DNA of 64,000 nucleotides from an uncultured Solirubrobacterales bacterium (GTDB lineage Bacteria; Actinomycetota; Thermoleophilia; Solirubrobacterales; Solirubrobacteraceae): NCBI GenBank assembly GCA_963757275.1, contig CAVWQW010000005.1, positions 1,111,689 to 1,175,688 of the forward strand, read 5' to 3'. Shown piece by piece: positions 61,563 to 64,000 of this stretch (position 1 is its first letter; each line of letters starts with the position of its first letter). The notes under the pieces were generated by a model. It saw only the letters and a program-made list of their open reading frames with translations, ran no database searches and was not told where the DNA came from. The position numbers and the translations under genes were made by a program.

Positions 61563-63338
61563 CTAATGAACTTCGGCGGCCGCCGCCTCGGCTGCTTCCA
61601 GCTGCCGCTCGACGAGGTCCAGCCCGCTGTCCCAGAAGCCGGGGTCGGCGAGGTCGATCCCGACGAGGGCGCCGAGCTCCTGCGGACTGCGCGAGCCGCC
61701 GGCGGCGAGTAGACCGAGGTAGCGCTCGGCGAACCCCTCGCCCTCCTCGAGGTGGCGCTGGTAGACCGAGAGGGCGAGCAGCTGGCCGTAGGCATAGGCG
61801 TAGACGTAGCCGGGGACGTTGATGAAGTGGGGGACGTATGACCACCAGCAGCGGTAGCCGTCGGTCAGTTCGATCGAGTCGCCGAGCAGCTCGGTCTGAC
61901 TCTGGATCCAGAGGTCGTTGAAGCGGTCGACGGCGAGCTCGCCGTTCTCGCGGCGGTCGGTGTGGACGAGGCTCTCGAAACGGTTCATCGCGACCTGGCG
62001 GAAGACCGTCGCGATCGCGCCCTCGATGTCCTCGGCCAGCAGGGCGAGCCGGGAGGCCGGGGTCGGCGCGGCTTCGAGCAGGCGCCCGAAGGTCAGCGCC
62101 TCGCCGAAGACGGACGCGGTCTCGGCGAGCGTCAGGGGCGTGTGCTGGTGGTAGATGCCCTGGTCGGCGGCGAGCGCCGCGTGGACGCCGTGGCCGAGCT
62201 CGTGGGCGAGCGTCAGGACGTCGCGGCGGCGGCCGGTGTAGTTGAGCATCACGTACGGGTGGACCGACGGGACCGTGTACGCGCAGAAGGCGCCGCCGCG
62301 CTTGCGCGGACCCGGCGGCGCGTCGATCCAACCCTCGGCGAAGAAACGGCCGGCGAGCTTGCCGAGGCGGGGTGAGAAGGAGCTGTAGGCGTCGAGCACG
62401 AGGTTGGTCGCCTCGGGCCAGTCGACGCGGACGTCCTCGGTCGAGACGGGGGCCATCCGGTCGTAGTCGGCGAGCTTGCCGATCCCGAGCAGCTCGGCCT
62501 TCAGCGTGTACCACCGGCGGGCGAGGCCGTACCGGTTGCGGACGGCGTCGATCAGAGCGGCGACCGACTCGTCGCTCGCCTCGTTGGCGAGGTTGCGCGC
62601 GGCGAGCCAGTTCGGGTAGTGGCGCAGGCGATCGTCGGTCGCCTTGTCGGCGAGCAGCGTGTTGAAGACGAAGGCGCGGGTCCGCAGACCGGGCTGGAGG
62701 GCCGCGGTGACGGCGTCGGCCGCCGCGCGGCGGACGTCGCGCTCGGGGGAGGCGAGCCGGCTGAGCGCGATGTCGAGTGAGACGGTCTCGTCCAGCTCGA
62801 CCTCGAGCGAGGAGGTCAGCTCCTCGAAGAGCCGGCCCCAGGCGCTGCGTCCGGTGAGGGCCTTCTCCGAGAGGACGCGCTCCTCCGGCTCGGACAGCAG
62901 GTGGGGGCGGTAGCGGCGGATCGTGCGGAGGTGATGTCGGCAGAAGTCGAGCCCATCGCCGGCGAGCAGCCGCTCGGCGCGTTCATCGTCGAGGGCGGCC
63001 CACTCGAGCTCGAAGAAGAGGAGCATCGTCTCGAGCGCGGTCGCGCGCTCCTCGACCCGCTGCATGAGCGCGCCGCGGTCGGGATCGGCGGTGTCGGTCG
63101 AGAACCGGAGCTGGGCGTACGACGCGGCCCGGCCGACGAGATCGTTGATCTCCGCGAGCTGACCCATCGCGGTGGCAAGGCCGGCGGAGTCGATCTCGGC
63201 GAGCGCACCCCGATTGGCCTCGGCGAAGGCGGCGGCGAGCTGGTCGGCCCGGTCGAGCGCCTCCTCGACACCGGTCGGCCCGGCGACGAGGTGATCGAGG
63301 TCCCATACGACTTCTTGGAGCTCTGACGGCGGGTTCAC
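61563..63338 (-). CDS. pepF: M3B family oligoendopeptidase F
   Basis: Zinc motif HELGHGVH with a downstream E (ETASVFGE). Length and N-terminal helical domain are typical of PepF. GTG start. Confidence 0.88.
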   Translation of the reverse strand: MNPPSELQEVVWDLDHLVAGPTGVEEALDRADQLAAAFAEANRGALAEIDSAGLATAMGQLAEINDLVGRAASYAQLRFSTDTADPDRGALMQRVEERATALETMLLFFELEWAALDDERAERLLAGDGLDFCRHHLRTIRRYRPHLLSEPEERVLSEKALTGRSAWGRLFEELTSSLEVELDETVSLDIALSRLASPERDVRRAAADAVTAALQPGLRTRAFVFNTLLADKATDDRLRHYPNWLAARNLANEASDESVAALIDAVRNRYGLARRWYTLKAELLGIGKLADYDRMAPVSTEDVRVDWPEATNLVLDAYSSFSPRLGKLAGRFFAEGWIDAPPGPRKRGGAFCAYTVPSVHPYVMLNYTGRRRDVLTLAHELGHGVHAALAADQGIYHQHTPLTLAETASVFGEALTFGRLLEAAPTPASRLALLAEDIEGAIATVFRQVAMNRFESLVHTDRRENGELAVDRFNDLWIQSQTELLGDSIELTDGYRCWWSYVPHFINVPGYVYAYAYGQLLALSVYQRHLEEGEGFAERYLGLLAAGGSRSPQELGALVGIDLADPGFWDSGLDLVERQLEAAEAAAAEVH

Positions 63339-63393
63339 GCGGATGCAGACTATCGAGCGGCCGGGACACGGCCGGCGGGGGCGGGGTGCGAGA

Positions 63394-64000
63394 TCAGACG
63401 TCGATTCGCGAGAGCTCGATCCGCCGGCCGACGGTCTCGGTCCAGGGGGCAGGGCCGAAGCGCTCGCGGACGGCGGCCGCGCTGGCGAGGTGGTCGTAGG
63501 AGACGCGGCGGTGCTCGAGGCGTCCGTCGTCGGAGATCACGGCGTAGGCGGCGCGGGGGTCGCCGTCGAAGGGCATGCCCACGCTGCCGGGGTTGACGAG
63601 CTCGATCTGGTCGGCGCGCCGGCGGACGAAGGGGAGGTGGGTGTGGCCGAAGATCAGCCGGCTGACGTCGACCCCGCCGAGCAGCTCGTCGTCTTCGGGG
63701 GCGGCGTCGGGGAGAAAGGAGCGGACGTCGGAGACCGGCGAGCCGTGGACGGCGAGCGTGTCGGGGTCGACGGCGAGCCGGGTGGGCAGTCCGTCGAGCA
63801 GGACGACGTCGTCCGGGCCGAGCGTGGCGGCGCAGGCGCGGGTCGCCGGGCGGACGAGCTCGGGGGCATCGTCGGGGTGGGCGGTCCACCGCTCGCCGTT
63901 GCCGCGGATCCAGCGGGCGCCGTGAAGCCCCCGGAGTCGGGCGAGCGTCTCGACCGGCCAGGCGCCGAACAGGGTGTAGTCGCCGCCGAGCAGCCAGCCG
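63394..64000 (-). CDS. metallophosphoesterase family protein (5' end lies outside the window)
   Basis: Frame is open to the window edge (GWLLGGDYTLFGAWP ...). GNGERW, IFGHTHLPF, NPGSVGMP motifs of the calcineurin-like phosphoesterase fold. Confidence 0.75.
   Translation of the reverse strand, partial: GWLLGGDYTLFGAWPVETLARLRGLHGARWIRGNGERWTAHPDDAPELVRPATRACAATLGPDDVVLLDGLPTRLAVDPDTLAVHGSPVSDVRSFLPDAAPEDDELLGGVDVSRLIFGHTHLPFVRRRADQIELVNPGSVGMPFDGDPRAAYAVISDDGRLEHRRVSYDHLASAAAVRERFGPAPWTETVGRRIELSRIDV

Overview
This is a high-G+C (about 70% or more) actinobacterial-type chromosomal segment, densely packed with genes, many linked by 1-4 nt stop/start overlaps. I cannot name the organism from the sequence alone.

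**Core genes, in order:** hpf-secA; prfB, carrying the classical programmed +1 frameshift; nadC-nadA; an M16 peptidase; ftsE-ftsX-S41 protease-RNase R-smpB; an M50 protease; and tmRNA (ssrA, tag ADSHEYALAA). Further along lie purU, a Zn alcohol dehydrogenase, a USP-GNAT pair, an ECF41/SigJ-type sigma factor, metK, glyA, an SF2 helicase, pepF and others.

**Accessory and unusual content:**
1. Directly downstream of ssrA (about 18.2-22.9 kb) is a lower-G+C patch that looks like a decayed integrated element. It holds a replication-initiator gene broken by at least five frameshifts, a hicB-hicA pair whose toxin has a 1-nt frameshift, a possible MazF remnant and orphan genes. I found no integrase and no att repeat.
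2. There are two separate ApbE (flavin transferase) / ferric-reductase-domain loci, which look like trans-membrane electron-transfer modules. The one at 26.8-30.7 kb is coupled to a NuoF-like protein and a ferredoxin. It lacks a recognisable FMN-bind acceptor and instead encodes a Ser/Gly minisatellite protein.
3. At 59.5-60.6 kb is a lower-G+C orphan gene for a polymorphic-toxin-like protein, with an LALQRTAGNAAV leader and an HNH-like H-N-N motif. No immunity gene is visible.
4. Locus-specific short tandem duplications recur at gene ends. At least five of them duplicate the last codons plus the stop codon, and one duplicates a whole stop/start junction (MIRU-like).

Most long Arg/Pro/Gly-rich ORFs in the six-frame track are antisense shadows of real genes and were not called. 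All product calls rest on motif recognition by eye, not on database searches.
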